A DNA stretch of 64,000 nucleotides from contig CM007990.1 of assembly GCA_002189035.1 (NCBI GenBank), positions 4,340,001-4,404,000 on the forward strand, read 5' to 3'. A program made the translations under genes and the position numbers. The notes beneath the pieces were generated by a model, which ran no database searches, had not been told where the DNA came from, and saw nothing but the letters and a program-made list of their open reading frames with translations. The stretch is from Utricularia gibba (Eukaryota; Plantae; Magnoliophyta). Below, one piece after another: positions 1-12,200 of the stretch. Each line of letters opens with the position of its first letter. Within the stretch, counting starts at the first letter, position 1.

Positions 1-67
1 GTCTTACAGTTTGTAACTGAGTTTACAATGTGATGCACTAAACTAATAGCACAAGTTACACCTTTAG

Positions 68-881
68 CAATCATGAAAGAGGCGCCAACACCCATGTGAT
101 CCGCTTTCTGGAAAGGCATGGAATTCCCTATCACTATTTAGACACAACTAACAAACATAAGCGAGAAGCGGAGATCTTGCACTTGGTTGAGGATACAGAC
201 TTCCTTGTACTTGCTAGATACATGCAGGTAAACAGATTTGTCCCTTCTTACATCATTGCAGATTCTAGTTGAGGCCATAACATCAATGTCCTTCATTTGA
301 ACTTTCACTTTCACCCTTCTGGTGCAAATTACCGTATTTGCATCCAGTTTCCTGAGTTTCCCCTTCTGTTCTTGACTCCATCAGCACAGTAATTACCTGT
401 TAATTTGCTGCAGATTCTCTCAGGAAATTTCTTAAGCAGCTACGGGCGGGATATCATTAATATTCATCATGGGCTGCTGCCTTCCTTCAAGGGTGGGAAA
501 CCATGTAAACAGGTTAAATTTGCATAGTTCTATTTCAAGAACTTGATAATGTACATATGACTTGCTGTCTAATTTCCCCAGGCCTTCGATGCTGGTGTGA
601 AGCTGATTGGTGCAACAGCTCATTTTGTTACTGAACAACTTGATGAAGGTCCCATCATCGAGCAGATGGTAATCCTTCTACTCATTCTGATGTTCTCTTT
701 TCCTAGCACTGCTGATTCGAACCACTTCTGTTAGGTTGAGAGAGTTTCCCACAGAGATACTCTAAGGTGTTTCATACAGAAGTCGGAGAACTTGGAGAAG
801 CAATGCCTTGCCAAAGCAATAAAATCATACTGCGAGTTGCGAGTTTTGCCCTACGATGACAACAAAACAGTTGTCTTTTGA
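68..881 (+). CDS. PurU: Formyltetrahydrofolate deformylase, 3' exons only (5' end lies outside the window)
   Basis: Four GT-AG exons (~68-228, 414-512, 582-668, 735-881) splice to [11 protein letters not shown]...[16 protein letters not shown]...[15 protein letters not shown]...[24 protein letters not shown]...NKTVVF*, which are classic PurU motifs. TGA at 879-881. Confidence 0.95.
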
Positions 882-963
882 TCAGCAAAACAGCATCAGG
901 TATGCTATTACCTTCAAAAGTTGAGGTATCAAATCCTTCATTTTCAGAATACCAGAGTGTTGG

Positions 964-2620
964 CTAACAAGCTAATTTTTTAGCTGAAAACGCGAAAGCA
1001 AATGCAGCCAAAACAGATGTTGCTGAAGAGAGCACACCCCTTAAACTCGACTTCTTTTGAGCAACTCAAGTTTTTCTCCCATGTCCTTCACCTCGTCCCT
1101 TCCATCCTGAACAAGTCGATTATCGTTTCCATTTCCATAGCGAATGGTTTTACCTCCTTATTTGTCTGAAATGGCACATCAATGCCATCTTTCATCTCCT
1201 TTTTTGCAGAAAGCTGTTGTGTTCCTCAGCATGGTTAGAATCATCGCAGTCCTGGCATCAGCCAGTTAGACTTCACCCTTCTTTGATTTGGTTTCCGTTT
1301 GGAAAGCACTCACCATGTTTTCCATTGGGCGTAACCCAGTTTCCAGAATCCCCAGATGTACCTTCTACTCTTCTTTTTCATCAAAAACGGCATTCCCCAT
1401 AGCTTCTGCTTCCACTGCAGTCTCAATTTCAGCCGTAAGGTCATCACTCTCACTTCTCAATGCTAAAGCTTTCTGCCCCTCCCCATCAAGGAATGTTTTC
1501 ATGGCATCCCTCTGAGATTCAAGATCCTCGAACTTGCACCTGTAGTGACCAACATTACCTTGCAAGTTCTTCACGCTTTCAGCGTCAACCACAAGGCGTT
1601 CTTCCAAAGTAGAAACAAGAGCTCTTTGCCCACCTTCAGGGTCTCGTTATTGAACCACATCGCTATGCAATCTGGCATTTTCCTGAAGTATATCCTTGTC
1701 GTGAACCACTGCGCCTTTGCTTTTTCCAAATCCATCTCTGTTGCAGCTTTGCTCTCAGACAACTGATTGGCCCTGTCCCAGGCCAGTCTTTTTTCTGCTG
1801 CCAATTGATCAATCTCATTCCCCAGCTTCATGAACATCATGCCACTTTCACTGATCCTTTTCTTGTCTCAGCCACAGCAGCAACCAATTCCCTCTCATGC
1901 CTCATCAATTCGATCGTCATTCCTGTGTGTTCATGAATGACTGTCCTCAGAGACTCTTTTCTTTGCTTTACTACATCCTTCAGCTCTTCAATCTACTGTC
2001 TTCCAGTGTCTGCATTGGAAAGTTCTTCCAATTTTTCAATCAGATTTTTTGCGTCCACTAAACTCTCCTCCAACGAATCTCTCTCACTTGTTAAAGTTAC
2101 ATTGAGCATCTCTGAGTCCTTTTTCGATAGAGTCGCACTATCGGAAGCCACTCAGTCGCCCAATCTCACACTCGTTCCCCTCTTTCAGGATCTTTAGTTG
2201 TTGTGCTTCTGTCTCGTCTCTCAAGATTCTCCATCCTCCTTCGCATCAGCGCCGATTGTCCACCCATTTCAGAAGCTAACTGCACAGGCAACACTTTCTT
2301 GGATATCCGTCCCTGTAGTGTTGTCGGATAATTCAGAAATGAGCCCCTCAGCTTGCGATTTCGAGTGACCTAGTTCCAGTTCGAGAGACCCATTGGAGAG
2401 AAGAGCGAATCCACTTGCTCGCGGCTAGAGACATCCTGATTGAGTAGCCTCATATTGAGGTATCTGAGCACCTCAAGTTTGGCGGAAGCATCAGCATCGG
2501 AATCTAACGCCGGCGGAAACTCGTCTTGGGCTCCGATGATGTCCTTTTTTCCGGTTCCTGTTGCCGTTCCTTCAGCGCTTCCCTCATCTTTCTTCCTCCA
2601 AATTCAAACTGGTTCCATAT
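964..2620 (-). pseudogene. Disrupted long coiled-coil, tail-anchored (paramyosin-like, At3g05130/At5g27330-type) gene
   Basis: Pieces in shifting frames read SAKLEVLRYLNMRLLNQ...REQVDSL, GSLELEL, heptad-rich E/K/L segments, KPFAMEMETI and a C-terminal hydrophobic tail LSSATSVLAAFAFAFSAKK. I counted about 8 frameshifts and 4 in-frame stops (CAG TAG ATT, CAA TAA CGA, GAG TAG AAG, GTC TAA CTG). The 5' end is approximate and the family is assigned from memory. Confidence 0.8.
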
Positions 2621-2775
2621 CCATATTAATAATGATTTTATTTAAACAAATATTTATTTATTTTCTTCAATTTAAGAGTCATTTCCAAGAAATGATTGCA
2701 ATTTTATTTTTGTTACCGACTATAAAATTGCCTATTTTCTGACTTTCCATGACAAGGTGACGGTTGGTAATTCCT

Positions 2776-5249
2776 ATGTCGCTGACGATGGTGATGGCCA
2801 TCCCAGCGGCCCACCACCCACTGATTCCGCCGGAATCCAGAAGCGTCGCCGTTATCGGAGCTGGGGCCGCTGGCCTCTGCGCAGCTCTTGAGCTCCGGAG
2901 AGAAGGGCACAAGGTTGTTGTCTACGAGCGGGAGAATCAGCTGGGTGGAACTTGGGTCTACACTCCCGAAGTAGAATCCGACCTGATTGGACTAAACCCA
3001 GCTCGGAAAGTAGTTCATTCCAGTCTCTACGCATCTTTGAGGACCAATCTTCCTCGGGAACTGATGGGCTTCCGATCCTTCCCGTTTTTGCCCAGCAATA
3101 AACCAGGTAGGGACTCCAGGAGGTTTCCTGGTCATGCGGAGGTGTTGGAGTATCTGAAAGACTTCTCCGAAGAGTTTAATATCGGGGAAATGGTGAGATA
3201 TGGAACAGAGGTGCGGCATGTGAGCTTGGGCGGCGATCAGAATTGGGTCGTTAAATCTAGAAAAACGGATGGAGAGGAAGAATTCAGTGAGGTGTACGAT
3301 GCTGTAGTAGTTTGTGAAGGTCACTACACCGAGCCCCGGATCGCTGAAATACCTGGTGAGCTCATATGAAATGGTAACTGTTTGGTCTGCTTTATCAGTT
3401 GAATGGTAGGGACTTCAGCGATTAGCAAATTATAACTGATTTATATCTCTAAAATTGGAGCTTGAATTGTTTCACGAATGCTGCTTCTAAGTTGGTGAAA
3501 GCTTCAAAATTTTGAGTTCTTTTTATAGATAAGTGGCGTAGGAGGTTTTTTTTTTATGAAACGTCATCGACAGTCAAATCAAATTCGGAGGTATCCTTAG
3601 TAATTTAAGAATCTGAATCTACTGTTTCATTTTCAACTCGGAATTTAGGGATTGATGAGTGGCCTGGGAAGCAAGTTCATAGCCACAACTATCGCACCCC
3701 GGATGCGTTTCTGGATCAAGTATGGTTCTTTTCTCTCTTTTTTTTTTAAAAAAAAAATGAGCTGAATTGCTTGGTTTTAGTACATCAACTTATCAGAGAT
3801 ACGGTTGTTTGCCGAGAGTACTGTTCTAGAATAGAGAATCAAGAGCTTCCGTGTGACCCTACAAACTGCCTAGGTTATTTCTCTTTTGTGACCTTGGATA
3901 GCTTTATGGTGGTGAGAATTACTATTTTGTGCACGGACGTCGTAGCTACAAATCACTGGTTTTTCTATGAAGACTGCTGGGAGTTAAAAAACTGTATCCG
4001 TGGTTCATATTGGTGTTTATCTGAACAAAAAAGGGGTTCTTCAATGATGGAGATCAATGAGGAATATTTTTGGTTTATGATAAATGTGCTTCTTCCTTAT
4101 ATGTTCTCTTTTATGTTTGATTGTATCAAGATTGTGGTGCTAATTGGGAACTCTGCTAGTGCTTATGATATCTCTCAAGATCTTGTTGGATTTTCCAAAG
4201 AAGTGCATGTTTCATCAAGATCAGATGGAAATGAACTAGGAATTTCCAAAGCTCATGACAACATTTACCTGCATTCTATGGTAAAGCTAACTAATGTTTT
4301 CAGAAATGGGTAACTTGGACCTTTAACCAGTTCTGACCGGAAACCTGCAATGCAGATTGAGAAGGGTTATGAAGATGGAAGAATTGCCTTTTGTGACGGC
4401 ACTGTTATCAAAGCTGATGTTATCCTTCATTGCACAGGGTGGGTGATAAAGGATGACTTCTTCTAGTTCAAACCTGTATCCCTCAGTATAATAACCCACT
4501 CATTCTACAAATGCAGGTACAAGTATTATCATCCTTTTCTTGATACAAATGGCATCATATCTGTGGAAGACAATCGGGTTGGTCCCCTTTATAAGCATGT
4601 TTTCCCTCCAACACTTGCGCCATGGCTTTCGTTTGTCGGCATACCTTGGAAGGTTCGAGATTTATCATCCATTTCGTCATGCATCATGGAAGTACACATG
4701 ACTGACATTAGGAAAATGCTGCTAGGTTGTACCATTTCCCTTGTTCGAGCTTCAAAGCAAGTGGATAGCTGGTACTTTGTCTGGAAGGATTACTCTCCCA
4801 TCTGCAGAGGAAATGCTCGCTGATGTTGGAGCTTTCTATGCATCACTGGAACAGTCTCAGATACCTAAAAGATATACCCATCAGATGGGAATCAGTCAGG
4901 TAACTGATTAATACTACTGCATTTGTTACTACTAGATGCCTATCATTCTTCTGCTACAAAGATGTTAAAAGGTTACTTTTTGCTAGAGTTTAAGCTTTTC
5001 TATGCATCTGTTACTGCGGGTGCTCAATCTTATCAACCAACTCATGTGTTTTTGTTAAAAAATCAACAGTTCGAGTATGGCGACTGGTTGGCTGCAGAGA
5101 GTGGATCACCACCAGTAGAGGTCTGGCGAAAGCCGATGTATGTAGTGACCGGGCAAAGGAAAAGGTCGTTCCAGACATACCGCGACCAGTGGGAAGATCA
5201 TGATCTGATTTCACTTGCACATCTTGACTTCCAACAGGCACGTCCTTAG
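2776..5249 (+). CDS. Flavin-containing monooxygenase, FMO GS-OX-like (7 exons)
   Basis: FAD motif VAVIGAGAAG, YASLRTNLPRELMGF, FMO signature WPGKQVHSHNY, NADPH motif IGNSASAYD, then LHCTGYKY and VGPLYKHVFPP. Exons ~2776-3355, 3649-3719, 4131-4280 plus four more, ending TAG at 5249. ATG options are 2776, 2788 and 2794. Confidence 0.95.
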
Positions 5250-5487
5250 CAGAAGGATTGGCTACCCCCTGTCCACTTTCATCAAAGGGAAATGATCTGT
5301 TCATGTTGAATAAGTGACCAAAAAGGAAATGGCAAATGAAGAATGTTCCTTGAGTGTTGGTGCCTCAAGGCACAAAGTTTTGCATTCCTGGGACTCAAAG
5401 TAACATTAAAGAGAACAAGCATTCCTCTGGAAGACGTTTCATGTATCCTACAAATGTGAAGTTCCATCTTCTTCTTCCTGCTTCCAG

Positions 5488-7791
5488 ATGCTGAATTCCT
5501 TAAATGAAACCATTGCACAGGAAGGTGGTGACTCCACCAAGGCATCCTTTTGTTGTTTCATAAAGAGAGCAATGAGGAAAAGTGAGCAATGCTCGAGCCA
5601 CAGCTTAGTTAAAATGCTGTCGAATCGATTCAAATGGAGCCCAAGTTCTAGACTGCTTCTCGACAGGCACCAACACGATCAACCCAAGATCGAGTCTTTT
5701 CGAAAACTGCTTCTTGGTGAAGATGAAGCCTACTCGCCCATGAAACATCCACAATATGATGATCGTACGCTTTACAGGTCCTCAACACCCCTTACCTTCA
5801 TGAAGCATGATTCTAACAGTTCGATGCCTTTCTTTCATCCTTCACCCATCTGTTGAATCATCTTCTTCACAGCTTCATGACTTCCCTTCATCCCGCAGGT
5901 TCCTTGAATTCGCAGATTTCAACGAAACCAAGGCAAAAGAGGCGTTCTTGAAGCACATCAAATGGCGGGAGGAAATTAACATAGACGAAATCGTGAAGGT
6001 AACGTATGAGCACAAGCAAAGCTTCAATTTTTAAGACAAAATCGCCACTGGTTTGGTATTCAGAATTTCAAGTACGAAGAGGAGGAGAAGGTGAAGAAAA
6101 TATTTCCTCACGGATACCATGGAGTTGACAGGGATGGGAGACCAATTTACTTCCAGATGCTCGGAAAGTTCAATCTCAAGGAGTTCCTGAAAGTCACGAC
6201 CGTCGAACGATTCAAGAAGCACCATGTCTACCAACATGAGAAAACTATGACCCTCAGGTACCCAGCTTGCTCCCTCGCTGCCGGAAAACCGATTGGGTCG
6301 ACCCTCGCCATCCTCGACGTCAAGGACGTGGTAAGAACAACCCGGCCCTTCTCTCGTTGTCGTCGATCGATCGGTGTGAGCCTCATAAATCATCATGCGT
6401 TCGAATTGCAGGGTCCTTCCCAACTGTCCATGCGTGAGCTCTTCATGGAAATCCAGAGAATAGACAGCAATTACGTCGGAGTACGTTCCCTTCTTCCTTT
6501 TTCTGTTCTTTTGGTTCTTGAGCTTCGAATACAAATCGATTATCCGAAAACCTCAGACGTTGCATAAGCTCTACATTATAAACGCGGGACCTGCATTCAC
6601 GATGGTGTGGAAGGTAATCAAGACGCTTCTTGAGCAGCAGACCTTAAGAAAGATCAGTGTAAGCGCTTCAGTCCGCCATTCTAGCTTCCAAGCATTTGAA
6701 AAATGAGTCTTTTTGTAACTTTGTTTTACTGGGTGCATCACCATCCACTCACAGAAACTGGATACAAACTACGGAACCACCTTAAGGAAGCTCATTGACC
6801 CGAGGTATAGATTTCACCCTCATTCTCCTCCTCGTACCTTGTTCTTCTGTTCTCTGTACTGGGACAGGGCCAATGGAATGCAGCCAACTTCCGAGCTTCT
6901 TCGGAGGTGATTGCACTTGCTGTGAGTTGGGTGGCTGTCTGCTGAGTGATATGGGCCCCTGGAATGACCATCACATCCTCGAATGCCTTAAGGTATGCCT
7001 TGCTGAGCTTTTTTTTTTCTTTTTTCTGTGTGAAAAGTGTTGAAACAAAAGTGGGATTTTTCTCCTCATCCTAAAGGCAACTCGTGATGGTGAAGAGGAA
7101 CGTAAACATCAATCCCAGGAAGAGAGTAGCGTTTCTGCAGATAATGTAAACTCTCCTTCCTCGTTTTGTAATCTTTGTTGGCCAAGTGAAACTCATGTGT
7201 TAACAATAATTAAGTGTTGGGTTCGTCTTTTCCAGGTGGAAACTGGAAACAAGGATGATCCAGAGGCAGCGCAACAAGCTGAAGCATCCTTGCCAAAGAA
7301 GGTGAGGGAGAGAAAGTGGAGCCGAGGGCTAAGAATCCAAAAGACGCAAGTTGAATAGTATGATCCAGTGCATAATATCGGGTCTGAACCCTTGTTGTCC
7401 TGATTGAAAACACAGGAAAGAACTTCAGCTCACACCCCGGAGACCGATCCAAGAACAATGTCGAAGAAGATGATAGACGAAGTGGGCCCAATCCTCACAG
7501 ATGCTTCTCAAGTCAGTGCTTCTTCTTACACCCCATTACAGAGGCCTGTTTACCGATTTTCCGGTCGGTCTGAATGGATCCGAATCTGATAACCATGAAA
7601 CTGATGATGAGTTTTTGTGGGACTGCTGCAGCACATCGAGATGCTTGAAGCTGCGGTCAAGAACGTTAAGTTGGTAAGAAGCCCTCTCTGCATGAGAAAC
7701 GGAGACCTCACCAACAGTAGCTCACTTGATTGTATTGCAGGCCCTGGAAGGAGTCACACGGCGCATTCAGGAGCTTAACAAAGGGTTATGA
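5488..7791 (+). CDS. Sec14/CRAL-TRIO phosphatidylinositol transfer protein, SFH11-like (multi-exon)
   Basis: Spliced exons give TLYRFL...KAKEAFLKHIKWREE, PHGYHGVDRDGRPIY, RYPACSLAAGK...ILDVKDV, FMEIQRIDSNY, TLHKLYIINAG, QLPSFFGGDCTC...GGCLLSDMGPWND and a short C-terminal coiled coil ending TGA at 7789-7791. The start codon is uncertain. Confidence 0.9.
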
Positions 7792-8859
7792 TGGAGATGA
7801 TCGTACCGGTATCAATGGGGATCCGACCCGAAACCAAATCCACTTAATTGAGTTGACTTTTAATTAATAAAATATTGTTTTTCTTTGTTTTTACATGAAC
7901 TTTATATTTTTTTTCAAAATCATTTTTCAACGTTTCTAACAAAATAAAAATTATAAATAATTTCTTAAATATAAACAAAATATTTTTAAATTTTTATTCA
8001 TTTGTTCTCATATTTAGAATAAACACTATTTCAAACACAAATAAATTCAATTCATAAATCAATCAAATAAAAATATTAAGTTTTATATTTAAATAGACAA
8101 ATCCCTTAATTTTACATTAGACTTTTTTTATAATAAAATTAGAACATAAAATTATAAAAATTTGATATTCAAAATAGCTAATATCGTATAAAAATAGCAT
8201 GAGTTGTTACACTTGAATCATACCTAAAGTTTGGCCATGTAAGTGTCATGTGTAAGATCAGAAATATGATAATAATATTTCATATTAGTTACAAATGAAA
8301 AATAATATATGTTTAAATAAAAAAACATTTTAATCTTGTTAAGATCTTTTTGTCAAAATAAAAAAATATAAAATCCTAAGTATTTAATGTACTAAACAAA
8401 TAGTATCAAATAAATATAGTAATAACATGACTCATGATATTTAATATTAGAACCAAATATATGTTACTGATAAAACATGAGTGATTAAATCGGGAAGAAT
8501 ATAAAACAAGAAATTTAATAATGATATTTCACATTAGTTAAAACACAAAGTAAGACACATGTTTGGGAATCTCCTAATGCAATCTTTTGAGGAAGAAAAT
8601 ATAAGGATAAGGATTAAGTGTCTAAATCATTTAATATGCAGAGCAGTTGCTAGTGACAGTATGCCATATGGTGGGATAAAGTTGACAAGTTATGGCGCGG
8701 ATGCGTTCAATGAATCCCTTATGGCGCCGTTGACTTCACGGCGTCCACCGCTGCGATTTGTGGACGAGAACGATCAAGTCGCCCGAAGCAGGTTTCGCGT
8801 TATCTAAAATCACTTCGATGCAGGTTGAGTCTGCGTCATTGAAGCCACCAAGCTAGAAA

Positions 8860-11052
8860 ATGATGACGGCCGGAGGTTGCGCCGCCGACGGAGATCTAAA
8901 CGTGTCCAAGTTCGGTGAACCTATACCATGGATCGGGATGTACATCGTCGCCGCATCAGCCGTCTGCTTGCTATTCATGGCCCTGGACATCGTCCACGGT
9001 TTCCGATACCGGAAAATCTGGTTCCCCTGCAAATTCTTCGCTCTCAATTCCATGACTCTCACGCTAATCGGCGTCGCCGTAAAGCTCTCCGTCGATTTGA
9101 ACACCTCCATGCCCAGGGTTCAAGATCAACTGGCGAAACTTAGCAGCGACGCTTTCCTGTGCGTCGTTATTGCGAATTCGATGCCTTCGCTCGGCGCGAT
9201 GGAAACTAAAGATTTGATGATGAACATAATTGCCCTAGGGATTCTCGTCGTCACTGTAATTGTGAATGTAGGGATTCAACTGGGGACTGGAGTCATCTAC
9301 GAGCTCCAGATTGAGCACGTAGCGTTGCTGTTCTTAATGGTGCTCCTGTTAGCGATCTCGATTTCTTCCAGTATTGCGATTCCGGCGACGAAACGGTACT
9401 TGGATAGGAATTACGAGATGAAGTACCGATTAGCGAATGAAGAATGTGGAAAAAACTACAATTCGAATATTCCTCGGAAGTTGCGGGAAGATTTGATGAG
9501 ATACTGGATGATGGCTCATACCTGTAATCCTCAATTCGTCGTTGGCCGATTAGCTACGTGCACGGCATCGGGAGCTTTCTGCCTCCTATGCGCTGGGATT
9601 TTGGCGGAGGCGATGCTCCGAACTTATCTCACTCCGTGGTCCTTCAAATTCTGCAGGGGGGACTCCGATTACAAGTGGTCTGTGAAGCTGATTCTGATAA
9701 CTCAGGCGGTGGCCGTCGGAGTTGGCTCCATTGCTCCGGCTTTCAGATGGTTCTTAGCGATCAAATTCCGGTGCCCTAAAAACCCCAAGATTGGGTTAGC
9801 AGAAGTGGAGCAATATTGGGTTGAAGTGCTCTATAGAACAAGACAATGGCCTCTGGAGCTAAGAATCGGGGGTAAAGCAGGTAGAAAGTATGCACACAAC
9901 TTGAAACATGCAGTTTTTCATCTCTGCATTTGGTTCCAGAAGGGTACTGTGATATCGAGCAAGATCGTCAGGCAGGTATCTATTCTGTTCATCAGCCACA
10001 CCTGTGAGAGGCTTCTGCAGCTAATTCGATCCCAGAGCATCTCGAGCATCGAGTCGTCGAATGGTTCGTGGAAGTTTGATCTCAGCCAGTATGTGCTGCA
10101 TCTTGAAGGAGAAGATCATATGATAGATCTGATGAGGGAATGCCAAAGAGATCCCACTAAACATTGGATCAATTTGGGAGTGAAAAGGCAGCCTGAGAAT
10201 CTGATTCATCTTCTCCAGAAGATGAAACCATCTGCCGGATTTGAAGGTGTGCAGAGCTTCGACAGCAAGCAAATTCCTTCCTTGAGCTCCAAAGAACCCC
10301 CCAACAGCTGGGCTCTGCCCGTCGTAACACTAACAAGCATAGCAGTTGCAACCAGCAACCACGACTCCGACGAGGTAAACAAGCTGTTGCAAGGCGTGCA
10401 TGAAGCTCTACGGTACATCAGAGTGGTAGAAAACACCATAGAATCAAAGCAGAATCTGGGAAACGTCAGAAAAGCAGCAGAGGTTCTGTGGGTAGGAATC
10501 GATCTCCACAAACGTTGGCTAGATGTGGATCTCAGGCCCTTCAAAGGACAAAACCACAAGGAAACAATCACCAAACTCTCCGCCATCGCCCAGAGAAAAT
10601 TCTCAGACGTCAAAGATCATGACATGTATGGATGTCTCAGAGGCGATTCATCTAAATGGCCCATCCCTGCTTTAGCTGCGAACTCAATGTACAGAGCATG
10701 CCAGACGCTACTGCTCTCTGATCTGAATGAACACTCCGGCGGGATACTGGATAAGCTGACAGGCATGATCACAGACATTGTGGGGGCCTGTTTTATGAAC
10801 ATTCCTCGCTCGATATCCCTGAGGTCGCATCAGAGTTCCATCGAAAGCAGGGAGGAAAGTGTGCGCCATGCATTTCTCCTACTCGGGGAAACGCAGAGGG
10901 TGATGGAGATTCTCAGTTGCCAGCATTTGCCGGTTTCCGGCCCGGAAAAAATGGCGTGCATCAACGCATGGCGTTCCTTGAGCTTAGACGAAGATCAGGT
11001 TTCTAACAGTCCCGTGAATAATGATGAATTTCACCTTCACATAGGCCGATGA
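8860..11052 (+). CDS. Uncharacterised plant multi-pass membrane protein (At5g47580/At4g17250-like), single exon, 730 aa
   Basis: Uninterrupted 730-aa ORF with about 7-8 hydrophobic segments in the N-terminal half (FGEPIPWIGMYIVAAS, WFPCKFFALNSMTL, QDQLAKLSS, NSMPSLGAME) and a soluble C-terminal half. The family match is recalled, not searched. Confidence 0.9.
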   Translation: MMTAGGCAADGDLNVSKFGEPIPWIGMYIVAASAVCLLFMALDIVHGFRYRKIWFPCKFFALNSMTLTLIGVAVKLSVDLNTSMPRVQDQLAKLSSDAFLCVVIANSMPSLGAMETKDLMMNIIALGILVVTVIVNVGIQLGTGVIYELQIEHVALLFLMVLLLAISISSSIAIPATKRYLDRNYEMKYRLANEECGKNYNSNIPRKLREDLMRYWMMAHTCNPQFVVGRLATCTASGAFCLLCAGILAEAMLRTYLTPWSFKFCRGDSDYKWSVKLILITQAVAVGVGSIAPAFRWFLAIKFRCPKNPKIGLAEVEQYWVEVLYRTRQWPLELRIGGKAGRKYAHNLKHAVFHLCIWFQKGTVISSKIVRQVSILFISHTCERLLQLIRSQSISSIESSNGSWKFDLSQYVLHLEGEDHMIDLMRECQRDPTKHWINLGVKRQPENLIHLLQKMKPSAGFEGVQSFDSKQIPSLSSKEPPNSWALPVVTLTSIAVATSNHDSDEVNKLLQGVHEALRYIRVVENTIESKQNLGNVRKAAEVLWVGIDLHKRWLDVDLRPFKGQNHKETITKLSAIAQRKFSDVKDHDMYGCLRGDSSKWPIPALAANSMYRACQTLLLSDLNEHSGGILDKLTGMITDIVGACFMNIPRSISLRSHQSSIESREESVRHAFLLLGETQRVMEILSCQHLPVSGPEKMACINAWRSLSLDEDQVSNSPVNNDEFHLHIGR

Positions 11053-12142
11053 TCGTCGGATTCCGGCAACCTTGGAGCTTATTAGTCTTTTTCGAATTTC
11101 GGAAAAAATTCGAATTTGATTAAAAAAAAAGAGAATTTCGAGAATATTTTATTCTAAAGAAATCTAATTCCAAATTATGGGGAGATTATCAAAAAATTTA
11201 GTCATAATGCTATAAAATATAAGCAAAGAAGCATAACATTTTTGTTCTCCATAACATTTTTATATCAATTTTTATTTAAAAAAAATAAAAATATTTTTTC
11301 ATAGAATAAATCTATTTTTGCTTCTATTTATATCAAAAATATTTTGATCTTAAGTAAAAGATAAAAAATTTTCACTTCTTTTTTTTAAAATCTGAATTTA
11401 TTTCTACAAATTTTGTTACAAAAATATTTTTTTGACTCATTTCTCACATCTCTTCTATTTGTCTGGTGTCATAATCTAAGTTTCACATCCAAAAATAATT
11501 TTTTAATAATATGTTTAAAATAATTAATAATGATATATAATCATCATCCAAAATAAATAAGTTAAATAATTTAAAACTACTAACAAAATATTTGATCAAT
11601 GTATAAAGTCTTATATTTGATGATTTTATTGTAAATTTCATTGTTTTGGTTTGTAAGTGGATTGGATAAAAAAATGGAAATCAATTTTTATTTTCCAAAA
11701 ACTAATTGTATTCTCATATAATTAATTTTTTCTTTCAAATATGTACTAATTGATTTTTTTCTATGAGAATTTATTTGTAATAATCATTTCAATTTTATAA
11801 TAAACATGATGCTTCTCATATAGAATTATTTTCCAATAATTGATTTTTATAAATAAATTTATCACCATATCGATTTATTAATAAAAAATTTAAATTAATG
11901 CTAAAATGATTTTTTGAATATAAGGTAAAAATGAAATTATCAACCGACACTCGGGTTTTTACCGGAGGGGCGGGGGGTGAATAAGTCCGAATGTTGGTGG
12001 GCCCGGACAGTGAAATTACCGACAATGAAATTACAAATATAATGAATTAATTAATTAATAGAATCATCAACTTCAGAACCAGTGGTAAAAAAGATTCCTT
12101 CTCCCCATTTGCTTCATCTTCTTGCTTCGACACCCCTCGCAC

Positions 12143-12150
12143 TATAAATA
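12143..12150 (+). promoter_or_regulatory. TATA box of the HyPRP gene
   Basis: TATAAATA about 50 nt upstream of the ATG at 12201. Confidence 0.7.
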
Positions 12151-12200
12151 CCCGTCACCACCGCCTCTCACAGCGCACAGGATCGCTGAGCTTCTCGGCA

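Noticed and set aside
964-2620. Explaining the coiled-coil pseudogene as sequencing error
   Set aside because: Four in-frame stops arise from substitutions, and the lesion density is far above that of neighbouring genes.
11090-11150. GAA/TTC-rich stretch as a heat-shock element
   Set aside because: The spacing does not give three contiguous nGAAn units, and it lies 3' of the neighbouring gene.
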